DNA from: Lophium mytilinum
Taxonomy: Eukaryota
Direction: 5' to 3'
Length of the DNA: 64,000 bases
Assembly (NCBI GenBank): GCA_010093605.1
Contig: MU004193.1
Span: 999,520 to 1,063,519, forward strand
In this document: piece after piece, positions 26,075-38,264 of the stretch
How positions within the stretch are numbered: the stretch's first letter is position 1
Layout of the letters: the number at the start of each line of letters is the position of its first letter
Translations under genes and position numbers: made by a program
Notes under the pieces: generated by a model
Told to the model about the DNA's origin: nothing
What the model saw: the letters and a program-made list of their open reading frames with translations, nothing else
The model's database searches: none

Positions 26075-26575
26075 ATGTCGCAGTCGTTCCCGCAAACCCT
26101 CCCCTTTCTCAGCCAGCGTGAGGCTATCGCCGACGCCCTGTACCGAGCCGCCATTGCCAGTGATCATCATGACTCCGCACTCTTCAACTCGGCATGGGCC
26201 GGAGAAGACGTTTCTATGGAACTTCATGATGACAACAAAAGAGTCCTCCAGGGCCTCTCCCTGATCCGCACAAACGTTCTCGATAAAGTTGGTCCTATGG
26301 ATACCACGCACAATATCAGCATGGTCCGTGTGAATTACCAGGATGGAGCCGATACTGCTTCTCTTACTGCTACTTCGACGGCACAGCATGCGCCTTCCGG
26401 CACGGGCAGGGATCCAAACGGAACCAAGTACACTGTGGGCGGGGAGTATTCCGTTGACCTGATCAAGGACGAAGCGGGTGTGTGGAAGATTAAGAGGTTG
26501 GTGTTGAATGTTATCTGGACCTCAGGCGATGCTTCATTGATGCGGCCCCCCCCAGAAGTAGACACGGCTGCATAG
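26075..26575 (+). CDS. SnoaL-like / NTF2-like domain protein
   Basis: REAIADALYR...D..D...F, MDTTHNISMVRV, GGEYSVDLIKDEAGVWKIKR; single exon, 166 aa. Confidence 0.85.
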   Translation: MSQSFPQTLPFLSQREAIADALYRAAIASDHHDSALFNSAWAGEDVSMELHDDNKRVLQGLSLIRTNVLDKVGPMDTTHNISMVRVNYQDGADTASLTATSTAQHAPSGTGRDPNGTKYTVGGEYSVDLIKDEAGVWKIKRLVLNVIWTSGDASLMRPPPEVDTAA

Positions 26576-27963
26576 GAGGTAGAGGGCGAGTGTTTCGGGA
26601 AGCAAGCATGGTCTTTTTTACCTGTTGTTCTGAGTGTCATATTCTACGAGTGCATCCGAAGTGATAATGCAGAGCCTCAACCTTGTTTTGCAGACGGATC
26701 GATGGACTCCGAGTCGGATTAACTGGTTGTCCTAGTCTATGGGGATAGTTAAGTCCGTCCGTTTGGCACACTCCTAAATCATTGAATAAAAGGGCATCTC
26801 TCGCTACCTCAGCGGTGGTAGAGATCAGTTCTGTACAAAACACACTGATTCATTTTCTGTCTATGTGAGCTCGTTTTACTGCCTAATATTATATCGGCCA
26901 CTGCACTACATATTAGGGTCTCGATACCTCGGCAGACAGCGCTCCTCCCCTTACCGCGATAGGGGCTACGAAGTATTATCTTACATGGAGGGAGCTAATA
27001 GAGGGGGGTTTTGGGATTTAATATTGCAGTTACACGAGGTGCCGGAACGTGATGATAGAGTTGGGGTCGAGTTATAGGAGCATCACGTGAAGCACACGTG
27101 CATATCATGTGATTGTGTTTCTTGCACACTTCCTCTGCCATTTTGCCTTTCGTTGTGCTGCTGTATTCAAGAAGGGACTACTGCTTCACTAGAGAGAAAT
27201 CGAGAATAGGAAATGATGTTAAAAGCTTGGGAAACGAATATGTCTGAAAGAAAAGATGTAAAGCAGGAACTGATAGATGGGAAACCAATGTCTTTTCCCA
27301 AACATGAAGTTCTCCTCGGGACACACTCCTCTTTGCTATTTGCTATGGCCACAGTCCTGTTCATCACGCGTAAATGGTTGTGCTGCTGCCTCGATGGTCA
27401 TCTGTGGCGCGCGGTGTCACCCGCTTCACTGAAGCCTGCGACAGTCTCATCAACGGGAACGCTGCTGAAGCCTTGAACCGCGAATCCTCCTCCCCTTCTG
27501 CAGCAGCCTCGCCGCTGCAGTCGGCGCATCGCACTTCCAAATGTGCAATGTGTCGAATGCGCCTGATGCCGCAGAGTGGAAGCGCCTGAGGCGGAGTCGC
27601 GAACTGGCTGGCTGGGTGCGGAGAACAGCGATCTGCCCCTTGCCGCAGCTGTCGCAAGTCGGCGGTGCCGCGTGCCCATTGTCGCGGTTTGGCGGCGGCG
27701 ATTGGGCGGGGGTGTGGCGGGTGAGGCTGAGCAGGCTTCCAGATGGTTTCGCGAGTGCGGGCTAGTTTGGGTGGTGCGTCGTGGTCGAGTGGTGGAGGTC
27801 AAGGCAGCAGCAAAATGCCCCCGAACGGCTTATAGCCACCATTTCCGCCATGACGACGCTCCAAGGCTTCTGTCGAGGGCTGCCGACTGTTTTTCCCTTT
27901 CTGTACAGTACAACTTCTTAATTGCTAGCCAGTTCTGCTTCCATTGCGCCCCTCGACTTTACC

Positions 27964-30900
27964 ATGGAGACCCTAGGCCGACTTCCCCGACGACTGACCA
28001 AGCTGTACTCCGACACCAAGACGTCCTGCGACGCCGTAATCGAGCAGGACACCACCGACACCCTCCCTGAGCTCAGCGCTTTGAACCGCAAATACCGCAT
28101 ACAGAAGAATAGGCTCATTGCCTGGGGCCTGGAATGGAGCGATAACGGCGCGTCCGACCAGGGCGACATTGACGACTCGCTGGAGCGCGCGGGCCTAGCA
28201 CAGACAGTGACGAGCGTCCTAGGCACAATAAAAGAGATATTGGATGAGGCAGAGAATATGCAGCCGCCCGCACACCCTGCCGCAGCGAAGGGCGTGTCTG
28301 AGGAGAAGAGCGGGGCGCGCCCTCAAAGTGCAGTCTCGTGGGCGGCCTCCGACAGATCGCGATATGAGGACCTAGCGAAGGACCTCACCAGCTCCATCGA
28401 CACTCTATATCAACTATCAGAGTCGCGGAGGGCATTTCGACAGAACACGCGTGGGCTGAGTCCCGGTCCTGTCGGGAAGCTTGGCATAGAAGCTTCCAAA
28501 ACCCCCTCGCCATCCGTATTCCTATCCTCCGACTACAACGCATCAGATGTCACTCTGATAAACCCCGCAACGCTGCCCCATGGCGCAAATATATCTTTCA
28601 GATCAGGACTGCCACCGAAACTCGATCCTTCGGATCTTACCTTGCCAGAAGAAGAGCCTCCTCCATACGAGAGTGTTGGAGTGACCACTTGCACAAAACT
28701 GATTGGACGTCTTCGCCAATCACACAGCTCGACAAACCCCTGGAAGACGGACGGGAGTAAAACTATCGAGACTCCCGTGCTAGTTGAATATGCAGCTTAC
28801 GATCCTACCTACCGACTCACTGGCATCTCACCATCTTTAGATCGTCTGGATTCCCTCTTGTCAATTCTCGTCAAACTAGGATCCGAACAGTCCTTCCACG
28901 GAACCCTTCAATGTGTTGGATACTTTGAAGATCCGAAGCAGCCTAGATTTGGATTGGTTTTCGAGCTGCCTTCATTCGTGTATTCCGGGCCTGTTGACTC
29001 GCACAAGCGCGTCGAAGATATGAGACCAGTCACTTTACTAAGCGTCCTTCAGTCTGGCTCGAAGTCTTTTCACAACTCGAACAGTACGACCCCTCCTCTT
29101 GAAGACCGATTTCGCTTAGGCTTCACCTTGGCCCTCACTTTCAGCAAGCTTCATGCGGAGAACATGGTTCACAAGGATGTTAACAGCAGTAACATTGTTG
29201 TTTTCCGCAAGAACAGGCCGGCCCATCAATCAAACAACAATAGAGCGCTCGATTTCGCCCTACGATCACCTGTCATTTGCTCTTTTGATCTCTTTTCTGA
29301 GTACGACATCGAACCTGCGAAGACCATGTCTTCACCGAACATCTATCGACATCCAGAAGACCCGAGATTCACAGGCAACAAGTCACAGGACTACGGTCCT
29401 CAATTTGACATGTATGGTCTTGGATTGATTCTACTTGAAATAGGGCTCTGGACTCCTCTTTCCGATCTCTGGAAGGCTAAGTATACTCTTGCTGATTTCA
29501 AACTCCGTCTAGAAGAAATATACATCCGACGACTGGCCTCCAAGTGTGGAACCGCTTACATGCAGGTCGTGCGCGACTGCTTCTTGGCTGCAGACCAACG
29601 AGCATCGGGCCTTGAGACTTTTGAAACATTCAGCCAAATTTACAATCGGATGCTCTTGCGGCTGCGCCGGTGCTGCGCCCTCGACGAATCCGATCCACTG
29701 CCTGACTGGAACCAAACAACCCTCCAGTCGGCACCTTCAGGCACTATGTTCAAGCGGAAAAGCGTCAGCCAGATCCCGACGGCAGAAACTCCAACTAGTC
29801 CTTCAGCATACAGGGACGCGAAACGGTGGGCGATTGAAAAAGGGTCCCATATTTTAGAAAGAAGCACATCACGCTCCAAACACGCATCGAAGCCATCGTA
29901 TGGCTCGTCGCCGAATCTGTCGTCGCAAAATCTGACGTCATTGTCTCGAAACAACTCCAAATCTTCCCAGCATTCTTTGTCCCTCCACAAGAAATTCTCA
30001 CAGAGCATCCAAGGCCTGAAATCACCAAAGGAACCTGAAACCGAGACTATGGACTGGCAAACGCAACACGCCCGCAATGATTCGCTCGAGGAGTCTGGCA
30101 CTCTGGTGCCGTCATCCAAGGCGTCGAGCCCCTACCTAGACCACAAGGAAGAGCTTTCCACGCTGCGCTTAGAGCGAATGGGCAACGCAGCGAGCGTCAT
30201 CCAGCGTGCATGGAGAGCACGGAACGAGTCAAAGGAATTTAAAGACTACAGGGGCAAGATCGAGGTCATCCAGAAGGTTTGGCGCGAAAGGAAGACGAGT
30301 CGATCTGGTTCCATCGCTGCTCTCGTTGAAACTAGTACCCAACATTGGCCAGAGGCAGGCCTCGGATTCCCGACCGCCGAAGCTCCTCGAGAGCCAGAAG
30401 CTCGCATAGTCGAAGCAAAGCCAAATTTCGTGAGATCCTCGATCCAGATAGACACTGACATCGAACCGGCTCCGCGACGAAAGCTTCGCGTTCATCCGGT
30501 CAAGTTCCCACCGATAATCGTGGACAACTGGCACATGACTATGCTTCCGAGACTAGAACGACTAATCGCGCGAACACTCAAGGATTCGCAGGAAACTGTC
30601 AGCATCGACCTTCTAGCTGTTGGCGAAACTCAGACTACCACCCGGCCCACTATTTTCGTGACGTGCACCAGCACGGCGAGAGTTAAGGGTGTCCTCACCC
30701 GCAAATTCAAGTACGACGACTCAGTCTTCGACCTCAAAGTCCGACGTGGAAAGATCAGGCGTTCGAAGCTCACGAGACCAAGTCGTAGAAGGAAGCAGCC
30801 TCATCGATCAATGATTAACGATGAAGCGTACTCAGCCGACATGCAAGTCATGAACCCCTTCCACCAGCAGCGCCCTCTCTGTGGTGCATCCATCGGTGCC

Positions 30901-32222
30901 TTTCGCGACGAGCATCTCCCACCCGTCTCCTATGGAGGCGTCATCATGGTAGACAACGAACCATTAGGAATGAGCGTACATCACCTCCTCGACGCCCCAA
31001 GCGAAGACGACGACAGCGAATACGGCGAAGAATACCAATCCCCCGACGAAACCACCCGCTCCAGCGCCCAAGGCAACCCCTGGCTTGCCGGCATGGGCTC
31101 GCAACCGGGCCTCGAAATCGGCGAAACAGCCATGTTCGACTTCGAGATCTCCGACGACGAAAAGAGCGACGACGACTTGGCCTACGACTCGGAAGACAAC
31201 ATCTCCGACTCCGACTTCTCCAGCTCCGAAAACGACGACGACGACGACAACCTCGACAACTCCGGCGACATCGACGGCATCAACATCGGCGAAGGCGAGG
31301 AAATCGTCATCACGCAGCCCGCCATCGACGACGTCGACGACGACTTCTTCCCCGAGCCCGAAGACCGCGACGACGACCACATCTCCTCGCACAAGCTCGG
31401 CCACGTGCACGCCTCATCCGGCATCCGGCGCTGGAACCGCGGCGGCATCGTGCACGAGATCGACTGGGCGCTGCTGAAGCTAGATAAGGACCGCCTGCAG
31501 CCCTACAACCTCATCCAGGGCGGCCGCCGCTTCTGCCCCTCCGCCGCGCCGCCGGAGATGTGCCCGAACCTCGCGGAGCCCGTGTGCCGCCGCCACTTCA
31601 AGCCCGAGGAGGACGAGTACCCGAGCCAGGTCGCGGCCGCGGACGGGCTCGGCGGGCTGGGCGTGCACTGCTTCGGACGCACGTCGGGGCTGAAGGGCGG
31701 CGTCGTGGGCGCCGCGATGAGTAGCGTGCGGATCTATAAGCGGAAGACTTTCTCGCGGAGCTGGCATGTTGTTGGCGGGTTTGGAGGTACGCGCTCACTT
31801 CCCTACCCTTATCTTATCTATCAAATTTAGTACTAACATTTTGCGTAGTTGGCGGCGACTCCGGCGCCTGGGTCATCGAGAACAACGACGGCCGCGTGTG
31901 CGGCCACGTGCTGGCGTGGTGCGCGCGCAACCGCCTCGCGTACATCTGCCCCATGCAGGTGCTGCTCGAGGATATCAAGCGCACCCTCGGCGCGCGCCGC
32001 ATCTGCCTGCCTGGCTCGGAGGACAGCAGCGGGCCGCAGGTTGCGGGAGATGTGAGGGAGGTTATTCTGGGGCGGTCGCCGGTGGAGTTTGAGCTGCCGG
32101 ATCTGCAGCGGCTGAGGCTGGTGGGGAAGGAGGGCGAGAAGGAGATGGCGCCGGTGTTGAGGAGTCGGGTGGGTTTGGGGGTTGTGGGGGTGGGTGGGGA
32201 GAGGGTGAGGCAGGTGGCGTGA
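27964..32222 (+). CDS. HeLo(-like) domain + protein kinase-like domain + IQ motifs + C-terminal trypsin-like serine protease
   Basis: N-terminal RKYRIQKNRLIAWGLEW. Kinase-like VLVEY, CVGYFEDP, VHKDVNSSNI, YRHPE, DMYGLGLILLEIGLW. Protease-like CGASIG, VHHLL, EIDWALL, GRTSG and, after intron 31788-31848, GGDSGAWV. Confidence 0.8.
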
Positions 32223-35052
32223 CTTGCTGGATGGGTGGGGGGGTTGGTGAGCTGTAAGAGAGAGAGGTGATGGTGGGGAGGGAAGCTGTTGTTGATAGGT
32301 GTGTTTGTTCATGACTACATAATGAAACGTATTTCAGGCTCAAAATTCGATCGAGTTGAGAGTATTCTTGAAGACTTTAGACCAGACCGATCCCCTTTTA
32401 GAGGGTGAGATTAGAGTGTTAAGAGAAATGAGAATCACCTCCTTCCTTTTTGACTGTTTGGCGAATATACGGTTCGGAGGGGAATTACGGACTACGTAAA
32501 GGGAGGGTGTTACATCAGGAAACCAGATGTCGACCGAGTTAGCAGTATTTATACTGCGGAGGGGAAGGCTGAGGGTCTGGAGACAGAGGTTGTGGATTGC
32601 GACCCACTATCCGAATCAGGGAGTATAGTCTGTGCTCTTGACCTAGCTTTCGGCTCCTCATTCGAGGGAGATGCAAGCCCGTCACGGCCGAGTTGTAAAA
32701 CGAGCTCAGGAGGTGAGATCCCTGAGCTACAGCTGAGAGCAGTTACGCATATGCTCTCACGCAAAGAACTTTTGGCGACGACGCTTCGAGCTGTGGTCGA
32801 GTGGTAATTGAGGACGGGGGGCTTGCCTTTGACGCTCCAAGCTACTCAGGCTCCTCTCTCGGATGGGACGTGGAAAGAATGGCATCGCGTGTAGTCCGGC
32901 TGCCAGATCTGCAGAGTTCCGACCATGGTGAACGTAGTCCGACGTATTGAAAACGTGAAACACGTCCGAGTAAGCTGCTCCCCTCCCCCATTCCCAATCT
33001 CGAGAATCTCAGATGTGAGCCATCATGTGTACCTTCTATTCCTTCCCACACTAGTAGCCGGTTCGGACCCTTAAGCTCGCTAGCCAATGACCGCGTCTCC
33101 GGACCCTGCGTTTTCCTGCAAGGGGTTGGTACGCTGAGAAACTAGGGCGACCAGCGGAAACGGCTCCGGCGATGCACGCGAACCCTCGGATTAGCTACTC
33201 AGGGTCGTTTTAGTAATCGGATCTCCGGCAGGGGCGGTTAGAAGCTACTGCGGGAGGGACAGTGGCGCTGTGACATCGTGGGGTTTGGGATGCTAGGGCG
33301 TCTCTTTGCGAGGCTAATACGATAGATGCAGGTTTGGTGATGAGGTGTTCATGGCTGGTGACCTGAGGGTAGGAGATCTAGGACTGGACACTAAGGAAGA
33401 AGAGGCAGAATATTGTTATGCGTAGAATAGGGGTGATATGGTATGTTATTGTGGTGGTGAAACAAGGCTTGAAAGAGAGCCTAAGGATAGGTGATGATTG
33501 GCTGACAGCAGAAGCTGAAAAATGAGATATACTATAACAAATGGAAGAGTTGATATTGACGGATTATCAGAATAAAGGAAGTTCGGCGAGTGCGTATACA
33601 CTGCCGTGTCATGACATCATGATCCAGGTAGTGTCACAAATGAGAATACTTAAGAACCTGAAGTTTCCCAGATTGACAAAGCCTTCAGAAATTACTCAGA
33701 TACCCAAAGTCCAAGGTGCCTCTCTATGCTCTTGAACAACTCACAGAGCACTGGTCGCGGAGGTCGCGGTACTTGCCTAGCACGATAACACGCTCTCCCG
33801 CTATCTACAACCTAATAAGTGTCTAGAGTACCAAAATTGGCCTCTAGTGTTGATCGCTACCAGACGCCATCCTCGTGGCAGCGCTGTCATTGGCTTCGGC
33901 TAGCCATGCGACCACCGACAGCTCGGGAACACGGCTGGAGAAAGCGATCCCGCAGCGACGGTCCAGAACCCAGGGTCCTAGCCGAGACTTCTTGTGCTCA
34001 ATGTTTGGACTCGCGCGTGATAGAGTCTTTAAGGTAGGACAACATGCGGCGGCTGAGAAGGGCTGAAGGGAGGAGGCGAAGAGGATTACAGAGACAGACG
34101 AGATGGTTTTGAGACACGTATTTTTGCTTTTCGCTCGGTCATGCCATGGCGACAACTCGGCCTTCCAAGGCTAGCGGCGCTAGTAGAGGAGCAGCGGACG
34201 CAGCAGTTGATATGGCTTCGATTCGAGTAAGCGAAGGCTCTACTTGCCCTTTGGAGGCAGAGTTTCAAATTCGAGATCTCGATGGCGGTCACGCCAACCT
34301 GCGGTCGACGCCTGCGGCGCTGCAGCTGCTTCCAGCCGGCATAAGGTTACCGGCTGCCTGCTTGCCCGACTGAAGCCCAGCGGCCGATGCGGTGCGGGGC
34401 TCTCGGCAGCCGTAAGCGCCCTGCCAATCACCCCGAGTAGTGGATACAGGGACGCCGCATCTGGTAGCAGCGTTCATGTAGGTGTGGGCTCATATAGACC
34501 CTGTGGCGCTTGTCCAGAAGCGCAGCCCGATCTCTGCCCTGTCGGTAGAGCGATGCGCCAGCTGAGGATTGCGGGACAACGTGGACGAAAAGGAACTAAG
34601 GCCGAGCTCGTCAGACAAACATATTCTGCGGAGGGGTGGCCGGCCTCAGGGTCCAGGAAACACTTACGATCTGCGGTATAGGCCGGGCTTCAACGGCTTC
34701 ATAACCACCTGTAGAAAGTCACCCTCTGGCTTCCCCGTGCCCCGCCACTTTCTTCGCCTCTGCAAACCTCCTCTTTCCGCGGCGTCGCGACCAATTCACC
34801 ACGAGAAGACGAGGCGCCAGTCGCGAATGCTCGGAAGTTGCAACAGCAACGACGGGTTTCCAGCGCCGTCTACGTCCTCCCGCCGCAGATTTCTGAATTG
34901 AGGACGAGTATTTAAAACCCCCTCTCACCCCTCCATCGAGTCCTCAACACACTCTCTTCAAACACCTCCCTTCAACACACCACACCTCTTTTCACACTTT
35001 ACCTTCAACACACCTCTTCAAACCAACTTTCTTCACTCAACAACTGCCAAGT

Positions 35053-36577
35053 ATGGAGACCATTGGGCTTCGTGCTCAGTTCCTCCAGGGTGAGGCTGGC
35101 TCTGCCAAGTCTCTTCGCCAGTTCGCCCCAACCATGACCCTCGACTCCAAGGTCAAGGCTTTGGTCCAGCCGGGTCCAGACATCGAGTGGGACCCCTCCG
35201 TCTCCACGTACGAGAAGCGTGTTGCTACGCTCGCTAAGCAGGGCCTGCCGCGTGCCAACGAGGTCCCGGCGGGCTTCCCTGCGAAGGTCGATGCTCCGTG
35301 GGTGTGGTCCGGCGCCGACTTGGATGAGTCCAAGTACATCGTGAAGCTGGACGGAACCGAGATTGCCGAGGTCGAGAAGGCCTTGGAGCACTTCAAGAGT
35401 ATGTTGTTGTCGAGGTCCATGATGGGGAATGTTGGTGATGGGATGTGCTGACGTTGAATTTAGATCTGCCGGGAAAGCTTGGCGTGGGCGATGTCTCCCA
35501 GGAGACGTTCCCGCTCCCAACCCTGCGCCCGATGCTCGAGGGCATTGCGAAGACTCTGCACCTGGGAATTGGCTTCAGCGTGATTCGTGGTCTTGATCCG
35601 AAGCGCTACACGCCATTCGAGAACGCGGTCATCTACCTTGGCATCACTGCGTATATCGGTGAGAAGCGTGGAGTGCAGGATGCTGGTGGCAGCATGATGA
35701 GTAAGTGAACGAGCAGCACCGAGGTGACGACGACAAGATAGCTAACAAGGGAACAGTCCATGTCAAGGATCTTGGTAGCCAGATTCCCAATTCGGAGCTG
35801 CGACAGGCACCGTATGCGCGCAACCCACAGGTATGTATGAGTGTCAGGCTAGATGAGGGATGACCTGACGTGCTGTTAGCCTTTCCACAATGACGTATGC
35901 GACATCTTGGCGATGTATGTGCAGCAGCAAGCAGCGTCTGGCGGCGAATCCATGCTGGCATCATGTGCGAAGATCTACAACGAGATCGCCGAGAATCGCC
36001 CCGATGTGATCCATACACTGGCTGACCCTAGCTGGATCTTTGACAAGTAAGTGGTTTCGCATTCTCTAGAGGCTGGTAAAAGCCGTTGCTGATAGCGAAC
36101 CCCAGGCATACGACGCCCGCTTTCTGGAACAAGCGCGCTCTCCTCTTCAATTTCGCTGGACATGGCCCGGGCTTCTGCTTCTCGCGTCGCCCCATTACCG
36201 GCTCGCCCACCTCCCCGCGCTCTGCTGGCGTCCCGGCCATGACCGAAGTGCAGGCCGAAGCCATTGACATGGTCCATTTCACTGCCGCCAAGCACCAGGT
36301 CTCGATGCGTCTGCAGCCGGGTGACATTCAACTCATCAACAACTTAGCCTGCCAGCACGCCCGCGCGGGATTCACCGACTCCGCTAGCGAGCAGCGCCAC
36401 ATCATCCGTCTCTGGCTTCGCAACGAGAACCTGGCCTGGAAGACCCCCGACGGTCTCAAGGCCACCTGGGCCGAGAAGTACGGCGACGCTTCTGAATGGC
36501 GCAAGGTTGCCAAGTGGAGCGTTGAGCCTGGCGCATCCCGCGAGCGTGTCATCTGCCGCAAGCACAGCTGCTCCTAG
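35053..36577 (+). CDS. TauD/TfdA (clavaminate synthase-like) Fe(II)/2-oxoglutarate dioxygenase, multi-exon
   Basis: GIGFSVIRGLDP, PFHND (HxD), GGESMLAS, LQPGDIQLINNLACQHARAGF, RHIIRLWLR; four GT-AG introns; TATA-like TATTTAAAA at ~34909. Confidence 0.9.
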
Positions 36578-36994
36578 GTCTGTGGTCTCGCTTGCGAACG
36601 ACTCTCACGATTAGTTAATCTGTAGGGGGTCCCTCGGTGTACGAACTCTTGGGAATCGGTTTCTTGAGGAATTGTTAACGGCCTGATATTTTCTTTGCAT
36701 ACTGGTTCCTTATCCGGGATCTTTGGTTTCCATCTTTAAGTTGGGGGTGGAACTGAGGGTGCATTTTCGGCGGGCTGGTCTTGACGAAACCTTCTATCTT
36801 TTCTTTCATCATGATATCTGCGCCTGTAGAGGTCTTCATTGGGGCGGATACTAGTGCCTGGCGTTTCGGTGTCTATTTTTTGGGGCCGGAATAGCTACTA
36901 GCTGATGGGATAGAACGGGGTGCATAGCCGGATAGGGACATTACATACTCTTTACCGATACAGGTAAATGATCATTCTGGTTTCGGGTTCCTAC

Positions 36995-37697
36995 CTAGGT
37001 AGCTGAAATACTTGCTAGGCCTCCTCGCGAGGTCAGGCTCAAATGCGTCCATGGTTCCGGTGAAGTGAGAAAGCGTTCCATGGGGAGGTTTGGTTGTGCG
37101 TGACGCTGAGGCAAGCCTAGGAATTGGCACCCTCCTTCCGTCGTTACACAGTCGAAAGGGCCATTGTAACCATCGCGGCCTCTGGCATGGAAAGGGCCAT
37201 TGTAACCATCGCGTCCTCTGGATTGGAAAGGGCCGTTGTATCCATCGCGGCCTCTGGAGCGGAAAAGGGCGTCGAAATCATCACTGCCACTGAGAGACTG
37301 AGTGCCCTTTGCTAGAGAGAGAAACATTCCTTGGAGTTCCTCCTCTTGCCTTCGCCATGTCCGCTGCCTTTCCAATGGTCTGATTACGGCTTCCATCTCT
37401 TTCGGTTTGTTGTCTTCTTTGAAGCAGTATTCCTCGCTTAGGTAGCGAACTCTACCGGCTCTATCACCTCTCCCATCGGAGGCTGGCCTGAATCTGGGAA
37501 TGGTTGGCGTTTGCTAATAAGTTGTGGGGACATACTTACTCGACGGACTTCGACGTCCCTAGGACCGCTCCCCTCTTCGTAGCCTTGGCCTTCTGCTTCG
37601 AGGCCATCGAATATGGCTTCTTCGTAGGCATTCCGGAGACTGTGATATGGAGGCTGGAGGAGGGGTCGATTGAGGGAGGAGTCCACGCGCGCACCAT
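36995..37697 (-). CDS. Small repeat-containing protein with three RGRDGYNGPF units (exons 37697-37540 and 37493-36995); candidate peptide precursor
   Basis: A 46-nt GTAAGT..CAG intron (37539-37494) joins an upstream ATG (MVRAWTPP...) in frame to ORF 36995-37396. All nucleotide differences inside the repeated core are synonymous. Confidence 0.6.
37154..37261 (-). repeat. Three tandem 36-bp coding repeats
   Basis: Units 37154-37189, 37190-37225 and 37226-37261 encode (RS/QS/HA)RGRDGYNGPF. Confidence 0.95.
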
Positions 37698-38264
37698 TTC
37701 GATATTTGAGGTGTTGAGTACTTGTGAGTGAAAAAGTAGGTTCAGTGTCGAACTTCTGAGATCTCAAAGCTTTAATGATGACGAGAATAGATTCAAGTTC
37801 GATGTGAAATCTAGATACACTCTTACTCGATCGCGCAACTGACATTCTTATACCAACTCACTGTAAAACCGTTCCATCCTCCCTCAGCTTCCAGGCAACC
37901 CTCTTCGACCCTTCTTCGACCTTTCTTCGACGTCTAGACCACAGCAACGAGCTGACTCTCAGCACATCGAAACCCGGCCTCACCAAAGCGGAACCCGGGC
38001 ATCTAGCGAACTACATCATTGCTGATAGCTTGGCGGGGCGTGGTGGTGCGCCGTCTAGCTGCGGCCTGGGGTTCAGTACAAAAAGAGCTGTGTAGAGTTG
38101 GGTGAAGAGGTTGGAAGGATCGTGATCGAGGGTCTAGACCTTTGTTGAAGTATATCGGGCGTCCCACGTCACTGAAGGCATGGTGTAGCAACACCTGACG
38201 TCGAGGCGTCGCGGGCCTGGATTGTTGTTGCGCACAGCCCCATAATGCCAGGGCAGCAGGGATT

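Noticed and set aside
30964..31477. Thr-rich and Val-rich ORFs (31085-31477 +, 30964-31410 -)
   Set aside because: Alternate-frame and antisense shadows of the GAC-rich acidic region of the large kinase/protease gene.
32549..34900. Short ORFs between the kinase/protease and dioxygenase genes, considered as extra precursors or a transposon
   Set aside because: No recognisable domains, GYN repeats, terminal repeats or coding bias.
37154..37270. 36-bp repeats as a CRISPR array
   Set aside because: The units are directly tandem with no spacers, they vary like coding sequence, the genome is eukaryotic, and there are no cas genes.
37438..37845. 135-aa minus ORF as a separate gene
   Set aside because: A different frame starting at 37697 splices cleanly into the repeat ORF. 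This ORF runs through the intron and is probably a shadow.
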